Below, piece after piece: positions 12,001 to 23,823 of a DNA stretch of 64,000 nt (position 1 is the stretch's first letter; the number at the start of each line of letters is the position of its first letter). The DNA comes from Heteronotia binoei. Taxonomy: Eukaryota. Both the position numbers and the translations under genes were made by a program. The notes under the pieces are model-generated. The model was not told where the DNA came from. It saw only the letters and a list, made by a program, of their open reading frames with translations, and ran no database searches. Location of the stretch: assembly GCF_032191835.1 (NCBI RefSeq), contig NC_083236.1:45322001-45386000 (forward strand), in the 5' to 3' direction.

Positions 12001-15000
12001 GCCATTTGCCTTAGGTGAATTCTGCCAAAGAGTATTTGAAAATTTCCCATAAGCCATGGTCCACTTCAGCCCAAATCGTCTAGACGTGCAATCGGCAAGC
12101 CAGTGGTGGCACATGGTGAACTTGACCAGCTCACAAGATCAGGCTAGGCACAAGGCCTGCCTTCAGACATAATTGACAAACCATAGTTTAGGCAAGTCAA
12201 GGGGTGACAAAAGGGAAAAGATTTCAGATGGATCCTTAGATGTCCTCCAGCTAAGCTGACTTTTGACAGAGAAACACTTCCCACGACGGAGCAAGACTTG
12301 GGCCTGGACTTAGCGAAAGGCAGTTTGTGAAAGGCACTCTTCCCATCTCCGCCTCCATATGTGCTGAATGGATCCCCCTTTATAATGTTCTAACCTCTTG
12401 TATGTTTTTAATTATGTTTTTCCTTCAATTGTTCTACTGAAACTGTTTTAAATATGCTGTACATAGCTCAGAGGCCTGCTATGGTAGGGACTGGGAGATC
12501 CATAAATTTAATCAATCAATCACCAGGTGCAAAGGGAAGTGGAGATAAAAACACACTTCTGTCTGCGGAATCCAAAGCTGCATATGTCTTTTCCAGAAAC
12601 AGCAGCAACCATAGAGAAGAAAGATGCACTAAAGAGCCAGGGAGGAAGCCTAGTCATGGAAAGGTACTACGGCCTTACCTGCAAAGCATTTGCAGAGGTC
12701 CTCATCCGTCACATAGGCTAACGTTCCTGTAGTTAAGGGAAAATTCAGCTGCATCCAGAAGCAGAGAGATTGTTCTGAGATCTACAAAAGGTACCGCTGT
12801 GGAAGCAACAGGAAACCCGTTCTTTGCATCAACCTTCTCCGTAGCATATGCAGAGTACAGATAGCTAGCCCCACCCCATCTCCTCTATCTGTGTCAAGCA
12901 AAAATGACAAGAGTGTGAAGTTTTAAAACTGACAATTCTTCTGATAGGGATTTAAAAAAAAAAATTGCAACAACAGAACAAGAAACCCCCAGGAAAGGAG
13001 ATGACAGTCTAAGGAGAAGGACATCAAAAAGACAGTTAACGTTTGCTTAGATTAAAAAATGCACTCAGAGACCTCAAAAGTCTGACATAATTTTTTTTAA
13101 AAAAAAAACCTTGGGAATTGTTCTGAGCTTGCTAAGAAAAAAAATTCATCTCTTTATTAAGCCAGGGTGCTGCAATGGTTAGAATGTTGGATTAGGATCT
13201 GGGAAACTCAGGTTCACCTTCCTACCTTACCATGGAAGCCTGCTGGCTGACCTTGGGTCAGTCACACCCTCTGAACCTACCTCACAAGGCTATTGTGGAG
13301 ACAAAATGGAAAGGAGAATGATGTAAGCTGTGTGGGGGTCCCCACTGGGGGAGGGGGGGGGAGCCAGGATATAAAGGAAGCAGTTGAATAAAATGTTTCT
13401 CTTTGACAGTAAAGAGAAAAGCAGCCAAGGACAAAAGGAGGAAAACAAAAAAAAAATTCAATTTCACCCCCAAATTTTGTTAATTTCAGGAATAAAAAAA
13501 CAGCTCCAACCCTTTCAAGAAAACATGCTGCAATATGCAAAAAATTATCAGTGGGGAGGCATGAACAACACAGAGCAATTGCCCTCATTAAAAGTGAGGA
13601 ACTCCATGAGTTTAGAACTATAGATGATTATTTTTAATTTCCTTACTTACATGGGTCAAGATGTCCCCACTGTTTGCTTAATCGAGTGCATTTATGGAAC
13701 AGATTGATTCCTTAAAGAAAAGTTACCCTCTCACATACAGATGCACGTGCTAGCCTTTAACACCACCACACTGATAAATGTTCAAAGACCCACAAAAGAA
13801 GATAACTGCAACACAGCCCGTAAGGAACACAAGCAATTCTCTGTCGCACATTGCAGCTCCCCTGATTATCAGCTACAGGGACCAACCCACAGGCAGAGGC
13901 TATCTCTACGCCAGGCGTCTCGTTGGCTACTGTTGGAGACCTGATTTGGCAAGATAATCCTTCAGCCTCTTGCTGTTTGCAAATGACACTGCATTAACTC
14001 TTGGGAGGGTGGGTGCAGCTTTTGATTCCAGTGTTCCTTCAGCAACTGGGACCCAACATTTTACTTGTGCCCATCCTAGCGGAAGTGTCCAAGGGTGAAA
14101 GCGGGGAGGAAAAAGCAGAACACATCAGAGGCAAAGGATATCGATTGTTCTGGACATCGTCAGAAACATTTCGGATGCTCTGCTGCACCCACATTTTCTG
14201 CTGCTCCAGCTCTCGCTCCCGCTGCTCCAGATCCTCGATCTCGGCCTTCAGCTCAATCAGCTTGTGGGCGATCTCGCGGGTGTTGCAGCCGGGGCCCACA
14301 CCTCTGGAGATGGAAGGAAGGCAATGAAGAACAAGGTGTTTAATGAGCAGTCCCTATCTCTCCATGTACCAAGAGGACTCTGAACTTACCAGAGACACTG
14401 CCATCTCCACCACGCCCAATATACAAACCCAACTACTGAATTCTGCAGCAAACATCCTGCACTTTTGCTGAAGTAAGGCGGGTGGATTGTCAAGGACGGA
14501 GCCTTTTCCATCATGGCCCCCTTCTGAAACACTGGCTGGTCTAATGCCCACTCATTTCTGTTTTCAGCATCAGGTGGAAATGGCTTTAAAAGCTACATGT
14601 AGTACATACTTTTCTTCCTTTCCTTTTCATCCCAGTAGCTTTAAAGTTGTAGAACTCCTGTTTGTTTTTACTTATTTTACTGTATTTTATTTGAGTCCAG
14701 TTTCCAGAGAAATCTATGATTCAAATATTTAACAAAAATGACTGAATAAATTGTGCTTTTAAAAAATGTTTTACTCTGTACTGAACAAGCAGGAAAACTT
14801 TGTGCTGGGGAGGAGACACAGAAGTGTTTTCAATAGATCAATCTGTGGTCCTCACACAATAGCCCTCAAGCTGCAGATGGCTTTTTCACATGTCTTCAAC
14901 AGCTCTTCTTCTAATTTCAGACTTTAGGGATTAACCCAATCTCTCTGGCAATGTAAGCAAAAGTAATCGCTGGTGCACCAGAAGTGATGCGTGACTGGCA

Positions 15001-18000
15001 ACAACCCAGACTTGAAACCATAGAGAAAAATTGCTGGAAGATTGGAGGGCACCGGGAGGAGGAAGCAAAGAGAGGACAACTGGGAAAAAGAGGGAAGGTG
15101 GGAGAGTTATAGGTTTCATAGTGATGGGCACAGACTGGGAAAGGCCAGTTTGGGCTGCAGGAGAAGCTAGCCAGCATCAAGCTGAGCTAGTGGGGGCCTT
15201 CTTCTGCAGCCTCTGCAAAGTCTAAAGGGACTGCAGAAACCTAACAGCCAAGAAGCAAGAGCAATCTGCTCCTGCCTCTTGCTGGTATGGGATCTACTGG
15301 TAATTCCCAAATACATCCAGGATTTTCTCACCATCCCCCCCGCCCCGGTTTTCCTGAGAAAACCAAGGTAAGTTTGGGGTGACGAAATAGAACGCAAAAA
15401 TACCAATAAGGTATCTTTCGGGTTTATTTTCAGCTTGGGTAGATCCGAATGCACATCCCTAGTCATGACGCTATTTTGGTTGACTATGATGACTGCAACG
15501 GTAGCTTTCTGTAGCTCACAAAGTGTGTACCACATAAATAAATGAATGTAGTACATCCAGTCCAGTTCAGGACAGAGCCTCTTTCCTCCCTTCTTAATCC
15601 CCTCTAGCCACCTCCCCACAGAGTTGCCCCCATATTCCACTGTTCTTCTCCACAATGCCTCTGGCAGAGTTCCCTGAACCACAATCACACTCTGTTTTCC
15701 AAAAGCCAGATCACAGAATCGCCTTCTGTTGCTCTGCAGTGGATTTAGAGAAGACATGTCTTCAGAAGCCAAGATCCCACCTACTACAGACTCAGACCAA
15801 TAATGCTGTGCCTCTATTTTAAAATCCCCATAAAACAGTATTTGCAAATTAAATTACCAAGCCAGTGAAGAGCTGGTGAGGGTGGCTTAAATGCAGAGTT
15901 CTGCCGGCTGCCTAGCGCTGTCTGCGGCGCCCTGCTTGCAGCAATGGAAGCTCATCAGCAATCGCCACCAGTATGCTCCTGAAAACAAAAGCCTGCTTTC
16001 AGGGCCTCCCTTCCATCACAGCTGACCCATCAGTACTCACTTCCACTGAATACTGTTCTTGGACTTCTTCTCGATAAGTCCAATGCCCTCCAGGACATTT
16101 GTGATATCATAGATGCGCCTCTTCTGCCGCACTGCCAGGGTGTCTGCTGCCTAAGGAGGGAGCAGGAGACAAATCACGTTGATGCAAAGGCGTCATTATG
16201 CCCTGCCTGAGGGTATTAGGATATCGCATTATCCAAACGTAATACTGAAAAGCCACCTCCATCCAAGTACCACTTTGTCAATTACATCCAGGAACTGTCT
16301 TTTCTCTTCCCGCCCTCCCAAGCTCAGGACAAGAATGAAGTCAGGCCTGTTTGCCTCTGGATGTGCCATTCGGTGCACTGGCTTGTACATGCCAAGTTTG
16401 CCATGGAAAGTGACAAAGAGTATATTATCCTTGGGGTTCTAGAAGATTCCTGGGATGGCTTGATCTCACAGATGGGGAGGTGGAGGAGTCCCACTTTGCA
16501 GGTGATAGGAGGAAAATGAATATCTTACTTTCTCCCGCCTTGTAACAGATGAGACGGTCCCTGAGATTTAGAAGAAAGCTTCCAATGTCAGAACAGATCA
16601 GGGCTTTTTTGGAAGAAAAAGTCCAGCAGGAACTCATTTGCATATTAGGCCACACCCCATTGTCACTATTGTTTTGCATAGGGCTTTTTGGATAGAAAAA
16701 AGCCCAACAGGAAGTCATTTACATATTAGGCCACACCCCGTTATCACAATTGTTTTACATAGGGCTTTTTTAATAGAAAAAGCCCAGCAGGGACTCATTT
16801 GTGTATTAGGCCACACCCCCTGACACCAAACTAGTCAGAACTGTGTTCCTGCTCAAAAAAAGTCCTGGAACTGATGTTTCATTTGGGAAGGGCTGTGCCT
16901 CAGTAGAGCGTCTGCTCAGCATGCAGAACATTCTGCGTTCAATCTCTGTCATATACAGTTAAAAAGATCAGGTGACGCTTCAAACTCCAGCTGAGACAGT
17001 GGAGAGCCACCGCCAGTCAGAGGAGACAGTACTGACCCTGACGAACTTATGGTCTGACTCAGTATAAGGCAGTCTCATGTATGTCCATATGATGCTCACT
17101 GCCATGGAGCATCAGTGTTCAGACAGGAGACGCAAGAACTGTCCAGCAGCATTGCAACTGGACAAGTGGATGCACTAGCTCTTTTGCGGGCCTGCAGCTG
17201 AAGCTACAACACCTACAGTCAGACAGTACACTAAAAGCACACAAAAAAGCACAAGAGTCTTGCACTACTTGGAAGACTGACCAATATGGCACCTGCTGAT
17301 GCTGTCTACAAAAACATATGCTAAAATTTTAAAATTGTTAAGTCTTTCAGTGCAACAAGAGCCCTATTTGGAAAGCATGGGGTGGGGGTTAGGCTGTCAG
17401 ACAAGGGTCTGGGAGATCTTATTCAAATCTCCACCCTGACAGGGAAACTTGCTGAGCGACCTTGAAGACTGATGAACACCCAGCCAGACAAGGTCTCATT
17501 TATGTCATAACAAAATGAGCTCGACACCCCTGGCCTAGGCTGTATTACCCCATAAACCAGATTCCATCTTCTGTGTCTTAAAATGATTCAGATAAGCCTT
17601 CCAAAAGCAACATATTGGCACTACAAGCATGACAGAGGCTTTCAAGTTATGAGTGCTATGGGGAATTCGATGGAAAAAATGATTCACTTGGTCTCAAAAT
17701 GCAAAAGATTTGAAGCCTTTAACTGAAACTGGTAAGAAGCTCAGTCAAAAGAAATGAAAAGAACATGATTTCTCCAGCGGAACTCCCAGCCACAGGATGC
17801 TGCAAAGACATCTAATTCAAGTGGCCTACATGGACGACTGCACAAGCGCTCTGCCAGCATTTACTAGCCTCCATTGTCAGAGATGGCTCAACTAGCAATA
17901 GCTGAGTCTCGAACCAGCAGCAGGCATAATTACTATGCTCTGCTTGCAAATCTTCCCAGTGCATGTGAGGCAACCAGCCTGGCAACACCAGTCTGCCTCT

Positions 18001-21000
18001 ATCTCCCAGGACATTGTGCTGCAGTTTGAAGCTGTCACATTCCAATGAAAACCGCATTTCAAGGAGGCTCTGGCACAAAGCTGCCAACTGGAAATTCATT
18101 GGGCACTGTGGAATGCGACTTCTGCAAGCCCAGGTACAACCAAGCTCACAACAGAGAAAAACTGCCCCTCTTTCACCTCGACCTAGCTTTGCTTAGTCAC
18201 CTCCAAGAACCATTTGCCCAAAGTGAGTCATAACCAAGGGAGCCAGTCACTTAAATTTCTTACTGAAACTATCTTTTGCAGAGAACTTCCAAGCAGAACA
18301 GAGGTACCATTTCCTTACTGGTTCTTTATCCTGGCCTGTACCAGCTTACTTCCATCCCTCATCATAACCCTACTTTCTGGGTCTTTTGTTAGATCCTGTC
18401 CTCATTTGTGCTCTGCCAATCCCCTGGTCTGCTTTTTAGAGGCTCTCCATAAATACACAGTCTTTTTGTTCATTTACTTATATGAACATATATTCTGCTT
18501 ATCTACCCAATGGGGGCCTCTCTTCCATTTCTCCTTTCCTCCATTACAACCCTAGGAGGTAGGCTAGGTTGAGTGTGTGTGACAGACCCAAGGTCACCTG
18601 TGGAGATTCCATGACAGAGCAGGAAATTCCAAGCTGCGTCTCCCAGATCCTGCTGTGACATTTTGGCTGTGATCACGCACACTAAACAATGCACTTTCAG
18701 TCCACGTTCAATGCAATTTCCAGCTGGATTTTACTGTGTGAGCTGGCAAAATCCAGTTGGAAAGTGCATTGAAAGTACTTTAATTTGTGTGATCACAGCC
18801 TTTAATTACTATGCCACACTGGCTCTTCTCCACAGTCTTATGGTGTATACACTAACCTGCTTAGGTGACTACTTGAGATACCTTTAAAAGGCTTCTAACT
18901 TTTAAAACGCTTCTTTCACAACACCACTGCATTCCTATGCAGTGAATGCAATCCAAGTGAATGCAATCCAAGTCCACCCATTTCAATGGGCTTAGACTTG
19001 AGTCACTCAGCATAGGACTGCAGTTTCAACCTATTTAGCCTTTTCAGGTCCCACAGGACTTTCTTGTCTTGCAGCATCGGATAATCACCTCTCTGGAACT
19101 GGCCCTAGCACAATGGCTGCCCTCGCGGTCCAGCAAACACCTCTGAACAGGACCTGGCAGGAATATTGCAATGCCTCCCCATCACAAAGGGACACAGCCC
19201 TCCAAGGGTAACATACAAGCCATCAAACACAAACTAGAACATTGCTTTGCTGATGCTTCACTGAAACAAGCCTGTGGTTGACAGCAGCAGAAGCTTCTTT
19301 CCTTCTCTTGATCAGCCAACATTTGGTTCAAGGCAAAATGCATTACACTGTATGCTGGGAACAGTTTTAACTTCAAGGCTGTTCAGGGGAGTTTCCTCCC
19401 CTCCTCCCCCCACATTGCAGCAGCACCAAGTAAGATTTCAGTTAAAGTTAAGCTCTCCAGGAAGAGCAGACGACACCTGCAGCTCTTTTGCTGTTGTGGT
19501 CAAGCAGAAGCCCCTGGCACTGCTGGAGTTCTGCTTCTGGGCCACCAATTCCTCACACCTGCATTCAACTGAGCTAAGAAGCCCACCCAGAAAGCCTTTC
19601 ATGCACTCCTGCACATGCATCATGCAAATCAGTCTATCTCCCAGTTCAGCAGATGCTACACCAAAGTAGCAGGCATGCTTTCATCAGCAGAACGCTCTGC
19701 TGGTGAAGGGCAAGAGGAGCCATTTTGCAGGTTGGGGGGGATCACTCTAGAGCAAAGGCAGGGCCTATGAAGCGAGGCTGCGATCTCAGTGATAAACCTG
19801 CCTCTCACAATGAGAGAAGGGAAGGTCAATGCCCACAACAGGAAAAGTGAAAGCAGGGCATCTGGTACCATGTTGCCAATGAAAGCAAAACCAGATCAGG
19901 ACGGCTCGAGCCGATCCCAGCATTACTATTCCATTCACACCAGTGTGCATGGCCAGGGAAGGAGCTGCAAAGCTCACCCTGCGCTGAGCGCACGAGCTAG
20001 CCAGACACTCTTACTCCATACATGCAAAGCTACTGAAGAGGCAGTCTGAACTTGATTCCCACCCATTCCACCCTGAAACCCAACATCTCTGTGCTAAGGC
20101 GGATCAGATTCTGCCTTAGCAAGCCTGATCCACGCTTCTTTCTCACACACAATGTTGGAGGGCAGAAAGGAATGAACTCAATCTGGCCAGATATACCAAT
20201 ACAACGCATGCCCTAACCTATAAGGGAGAACTGGGTAGAAGAGTACTGAGCATGACCCTGCTACTTCCATCCCAAGCCCCTTCTGCCTGGTGAGCTTCAT
20301 CTTCCTTCTCCATACACGCATGTTGGGGGGAGGGGAATCAATGGGGGACACTGTTCCCTCTAAGCGTAATTAGCTCACAGTGTTTTAGCCTCCGGCTCGC
20401 ACAATTTTGCCTTAACTCAGGAAAAATGACACCAGAAAAAACTAATTTATGCAGTTAGCTCACAATTTACCTAAATGCCAGTAACCTCCCGAAGTAGAAT
20501 TTTTGCTGACAAAACTCCACAGCTTAGAAGGAGCATTGTTCCTCCTAGACGGATACCACGACCCGGCACAATGCTGCTCTTCCTCCATACATGCATCCAA
20601 TGTTCTCTCTAAGCTGAGTTAGTGTGAGCCAGCTCACAGTTTTTTAGCGTCTAGCTCACACATTTTTGTCTCAGCTCAAGTAAAATGGCCCCAGAGCACA
20701 ATGATTTATGCACTAGCTCACAACTTTAATGCCAATAGCTCACAAAGCGGAATTTTTGCTCACAAGACTCCACAGCTTAGACGGAACATTGCACACATCC
20801 CTTGGAAGACATTGGGGGGGGGGGGGTGAATAAGCCTGCTCCTGCATCGCCAGCATGCTTCACCCAGACATTCACTCCTCCCCATTCTCCAATGGAGGGG
20901 GGGAGCAGCGCTGAGCTCGATTCTGTCACTGCGGCGAGCCGGAGCCTGCCACGACCACCCCGCGCCTCCTCCCCTCCCACCCCTCCGTCCCGTCTTCGGG

Positions 21001-21198
21001 GCTGCCGGCCTCCCCAGCAGAGCCACGCCGGCCGGGAGGGCTGCCCCGGGCTCCTTCCTCCCCTCTCACCAGCTTGAGGTCGAGCACGCCGTCCTTGGCT
21101 TCCTGCAGCAGCGACACGAACTTGGTGGTGAGGAGCCCCAGGCTCTTCTCGTGTCGGCTGGGGCCGCCGCCCGGCGGCTGCGGCCCGGACTCCGCCAT
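2966..21198 (-). CDS. E2F4: Transcription factor E2F4, 392 aa, 10 coding exons: complement(join(2966..3081,3466..3510,5678..5725,8058..8249,10198..10468,11778..11839,12679..12722,14142..14303,16041..16150,21070..21198))
   Basis: Exons sum to 1179 nt with consistent phases. Translation gives [80 protein letters not shown] (E2F DNA-binding domain), a coiled-coil/marked box, and the C-terminal pocket-protein-binding segment [25 protein letters not shown]. All introns are GT-AG except intron 3 (AT-AC). Confidence 0.97.
3466..3510 (-). CDS. E2F4: E2F4 coding exon 9 ([15 protein letters not shown])
   Basis: ACACAG| acceptor, G|GTAAGG donor; 45 nt. Confidence 0.95.
3925..4112 (-). mobile_element. 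5S rRNA-derived SINE; further copies at about 4610-4770, 4832-5010, 23697-23820, 31195-31315, 34860-35050, 35775-35940, 52550-52630, 60480-60650
   Basis: Head resembles 5S rRNA (GATCTCAGAAGTTAAACAGGG...GTATTTGGAAGGGAGACC) and is followed by a non-5S body; copies are diverged. Confidence 0.75.
5678..5725 (-). CDS. E2F4: E2F4 coding exon 8 ([16 protein letters not shown])
   Basis: TTTCAG| acceptor, G|GTACGT donor; 48 nt. Confidence 0.95.
8058..8249 (-). CDS. E2F4: E2F4 coding exon 7 (...[34 protein letters not shown])
   Basis: TTGCAG| acceptor, A|GTGAGT donor; 192 nt, phase 1-1. Confidence 0.93.
8930..9200 (-). mobile_element. CR1 LINE 3' end
   Basis: CATAAGAACATAAGAGAAG..ATGTTGG.TCAGGCCAATGGCCCATCCAGTCCAACACT, the reverse of the CR1 3' terminus. 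Another fragment lies at about 9900-9990. Confidence 0.8.
10198..10468 (-). CDS. E2F4: E2F4 coding exon 6 ([26 protein letters not shown]...TPSTT)
   Basis: CCGCAG| acceptor, G|GTGAGC donor; 271 nt. Confidence 0.93.
11778..11839 (-). CDS. E2F4: E2F4 coding exon 5 ([21 protein letters not shown])
   Basis: TTTCAG| acceptor, GAG|GTGGGT donor; 62 nt. Confidence 0.95.
12679..12722 (-). CDS. E2F4: E2F4 coding exon 4 ([14 protein letters not shown])
   Basis: Preceded by U12 branch TCCCTTAAC and an AC acceptor; donor G|GTAAGG; 44 nt. Confidence 0.95.
12723..14141 (-). other. U12-type (minor spliceosome) AT-AC intron, E2F4 intron 3, 1419 nt
   Basis: 5' end ATATCCTTTGC at 14141; branch site TCCCTTAAC at 12740-12732; AC terminus at 12724-12723. 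Joining restores the frame (CG|G = Arg). E2F genes are known to carry U12 introns. Confidence 0.95.
14142..14303 (-). CDS. E2F4: E2F4 coding exon 3 ([53 protein letters not shown])
   Basis: Acceptor CTCCAG|; ends at the U12 donor CG|ATATCCTTT; 162 nt. Confidence 0.95.
16041..16150 (-). CDS. E2F4: E2F4 coding exon 2 ([37 protein letters not shown])
   Basis: Acceptor CCTTAG|, donor AA|GTGAGT; 110 nt; contains the [15 protein letters not shown]-recognition motif. Confidence 0.97.
18665..18795. repeat. Palindromic dispersed repeat (GTGATCAC...AATGCACTTT...AAAGTGCATT...GTGATCAC); second copy at about 32675-32818
   Basis: Self-complementary arms, and two dispersed copies in the window. Confidence 0.7.
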
Positions 21199-21700
21199 CC
21201 GACCGACCGCCTCAGCGTCGAGGTCTCCGGTGCGGCCCCCGCGCGCTGACCCCGCCGCTGCTTCCGGCCGCCGCGGGGCACGACGGGAGGAGAAGGGAGG
21301 GAGCCATCTTGAGGAGGAGGGGGCGGGGCCTCGCACGCTTTCTGGCCTCCACGCCTTCTTTTTAAATAAGCCCCGCCCCTAAACCGGCTTCTTCGGGGAA
21401 AGGCGCTCATTGTCCCGACAGCGGCCCCTGCTGGCCAAAGGGGCGCGTCGCTCCTCTTCGATTATGCTAAGGATGCCTTTGGAGGCCGACGGGGGTTCCC
21501 TGAAGGTCCATTAGACAGAAGAGCCAATAGGTTGATCCGACTCTTTCGGAATGCTGCAAAAGGACAAGTAAAAGAAAGGGAAACGGCCCAAGCCTACCTC
21601 GCAGGGTTGTTGTGGGGATAACATGGAAAACAGAATGTTTTATACCACTTTGGGTCGCCCCGTTGAGGGAGAAAAGTGGTGTATAAATGAAATAAATTAT
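20900..21700. promoter_or_regulatory. CpG island / E2F4 promoter and exon 1: GC boxes (GGGGCGGGG about 21320-21328, and about 21371-21379), YY1-like AAGATGGC (21303-21310, minus), CCAAT (21524-21528)
   Basis: Abrupt rise in GC and CpG content relative to CpG-depleted flanks; motifs read directly from the sequence. Confidence 0.85.
21070..21198 (-). CDS. E2F4: E2F4 coding exon 1 (MAESGPQ...DLKL)
   Basis: ATG at 21198; donor CTG|GTGAGA at 21069; 129 nt. Confidence 0.95.
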
Positions 21701-22018
21701 TGAAATACGGGAATAAATATTGTACAAGTTACCACCTAGCCAGAAAAACACAGGTTGGGAATTGCGCTTGTGTCTTTAACAGCCACTTGGTGTGCAGGGG
21801 TCAGCCCCAAAGCTTTTCAAGTCAGTGCATGAGGAAACCACAGCCTATAGAGAAGGTTAACCACCTGTAGCTTTGGGAACTGGCTTGCTTGCTCATGAAC
21901 ATGAACTTATTTGCATATTAGGCCACACCCCCTGATGCCGAGCCAGACGGAACTGCGTTCCTGTGTGTTCCTGCTCAAAAAACCCACCCTGGACTCCCTT
22001 AATGTCCTTAGGCTAGTT

Positions 22019-22381
22019 CAGGGGTGGCCAAACTTTCTTACCATAAGAGACACATAGAATAAACGTCGGCTGTTTGAGAGACACAAGACATGAATGTCAG
22101 ATTTTGGAGGGAGGGAGGGAGGGAGGGAGGAAGGAAGGAAGGAAGGAAGGAAGGAAGGAAGGAAGGAAGGAAGGAAGGAAGGAAAATAGAGAGGTAGAGG
22201 TAGAAAGAAAGCAACTTTAAATGCATTCTCCAAGCCACTGGCTGGCTTGGCTTGGAGAAGTGATTTAAAGTCACAAATGCCTTCTCCGTGCTGGTCAATG
22301 GAGTGGTGGGGGCTTCAAGAACCACACAATATGTGTGAAAGAGCCACATGTGGCTCCAGAGCCACAGTTTGGCCACCCCTG
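22019..22381. mobile_element. hAT (Charlie-like) MITE with CAGGGGTGGCCAAAC termini and central (GGAA)n; further copies at 27532-27895, about 11335-11642, 29090-29378, 38520-38794
   Basis: Terminal inverted repeats. 8-bp flanking duplications GGCTAGTT/GGCTAGTC here and TCCTGGAG/TACTGGAG at the 27532 copy (each 7/8). Confidence 0.85.
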
Positions 22382-23064
22382 GGCTAGTCATTGGATTGCA
22401 TCTGAAATTTCATATTAGCAAAGTGTGAATACTGGTGATCTATCTTGCGTGCTGAGGACAAGCAAACCAAAGCTTATACCCCATGCACAAATAGGGTTGC
22501 CAGGTCTGTGTTGGAAAATACCTGGAGATTTTGGGAGTGGATCCAGGAGACGGTGCAGTTTGGGAAGGGGCCTCAGCATGATAAAAATGCCACAGAGTCC
22601 ACCCTTCAAAGCAGCTCTTTTCTCTGGGGGAGCTGATCTCTGCCAGCTGGAGATCAGTTGTAAAAGCGGGATCTCCAGATCCCACCTGGAGCAAAACATG
22701 AGGAGGCTGCAAAACAATATGCTTTGTAAACAATAACTACAACTAGTAATTCACAGCCTAATGCAGAAACTACACACACGCTATAAGCATTATATCAGTG
22801 CTTAAATGCACTTTAAACAGCATTTAAAGAATCATTCTTCTAAGCCTACGTTCAATTCAAGGACTTTGTTGGTCAAGCATACTGCAAACCTTGCATGTTG
22901 AAAAAGGTAGTCCCCTGTGCAAGCACCAGTTGTTTCCGGCTCTGGGGTGATGTCACATCACAACGTGTCCATGGCAGACTTTTTTACGGGATGCTCACTG
23001 AAGTAATTGATGTTCAAAACTTGGCATGTTGAACTTAGAAGTAATGGTTATTCAAAAGTTGGTT

Positions 23065-23153
23065 GCTGTACTTTCTGGTCTAGTAGCACCTTAAAGACTA
23101 ACAAAATGTGTGGCAGGGGATGAGCTTTTGTGAGTCACTGCTCACTTCTTCAG
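23065..23153 (-). mobile_element. Penelope terminal-repeat fragment with decayed hammerhead
   Basis: Minus strand CTGAAGAAGTGAGCAGTGACTCACAAAAGCTCAT...GTTAGTCTTTAAGGTGCTAC. Confidence 0.7.
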
Positions 23154-23197
23154 CCACGGCTCCAGTTATCACTGTTCCCAAGCACAAGCTGCTTCCG

Positions 23198-23537
23198 GAG
23201 AGCCAGTTTGGTGTGGTGGAGAGCCAGTTTGGTGTGGTGGAGAGCCAGTTTGGTGTGGTGGTTAAGTGTGCAGACTCTTATCTGGGAGAACCGGGTTTGA
23301 TTCCCCACTCCTCCACTTGCACCTGCTAGCATGGCCTTGGGTCAGCCATAGCCCTGGCAGAGGTTGTCCTTGAAAGGGCAGCTGCTGTGAGAGCCCTCTC
23401 CAGCCCCACCCACCTCACAGGGTGTCTGTTGTGGGGGAGGAAGGTAAAGGAGATTGTGAGCCGCTCTGAGACTCTTCGGAGTGGAGGGCGGGATATAAAT
23501 CCAATATCTTCTTCTTCTTCTTCTTCTTCTTCTTCCT
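23198..23537 (+). mobile_element. tRNA-derived SINE (Squam3-like), head triplicated, (CTT)n tail
   Basis: GAGAGCCAGTTTGGTGTGGTG x3, B-box-like GGTTTGATTCCC, L2-like 3' part CCTCACAGGGTGTCTGTTGTGGGGG...GGGCGGGATATAAAT. Related copies at about 3650-3850(-), 6290-6490, 13170-13380, 28390-28570(-), 30520-30720. Confidence 0.8.
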
Positions 23538-23823
23538 GCTGGGATCTGATTATCTTACTAGACGGCAGCCGCTCCAAAGGAAAACCTCTCTTAGCATCAA
23601 GGTCTCAGATTATAAACTCTTTGCAGCAAGCCACTAGGCACATTTTTGAATGCTGCAATGAAGGGTGATAAATGGTGGACTTTTATATATCCGGGTTGCA
23701 CTGACCTGGATAGCTCAGACTAGTCCAATTTCATCAGAGCTTGGAAGCTACACAGGGTCAGCCCCTGTTAGTACTTGGACTGGGAGACCACCAAAGGAAG
23801 TCCCAGTTTTCCTATGTAGCAGC

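Noticed and set aside
15167-15847. 226-aa ORF in E2F4 intron 2
   Set aside because: No recognisable motif or supporting splice phase; compatible with chance in a 64-kb six-frame scan.
21199-21336. N-terminal extension of E2F4 suggested by the ORF track (21336)
   Set aside because: That start is a GTG upstream of the GC box; homology to E2F4 begins at the ATG at 21198.
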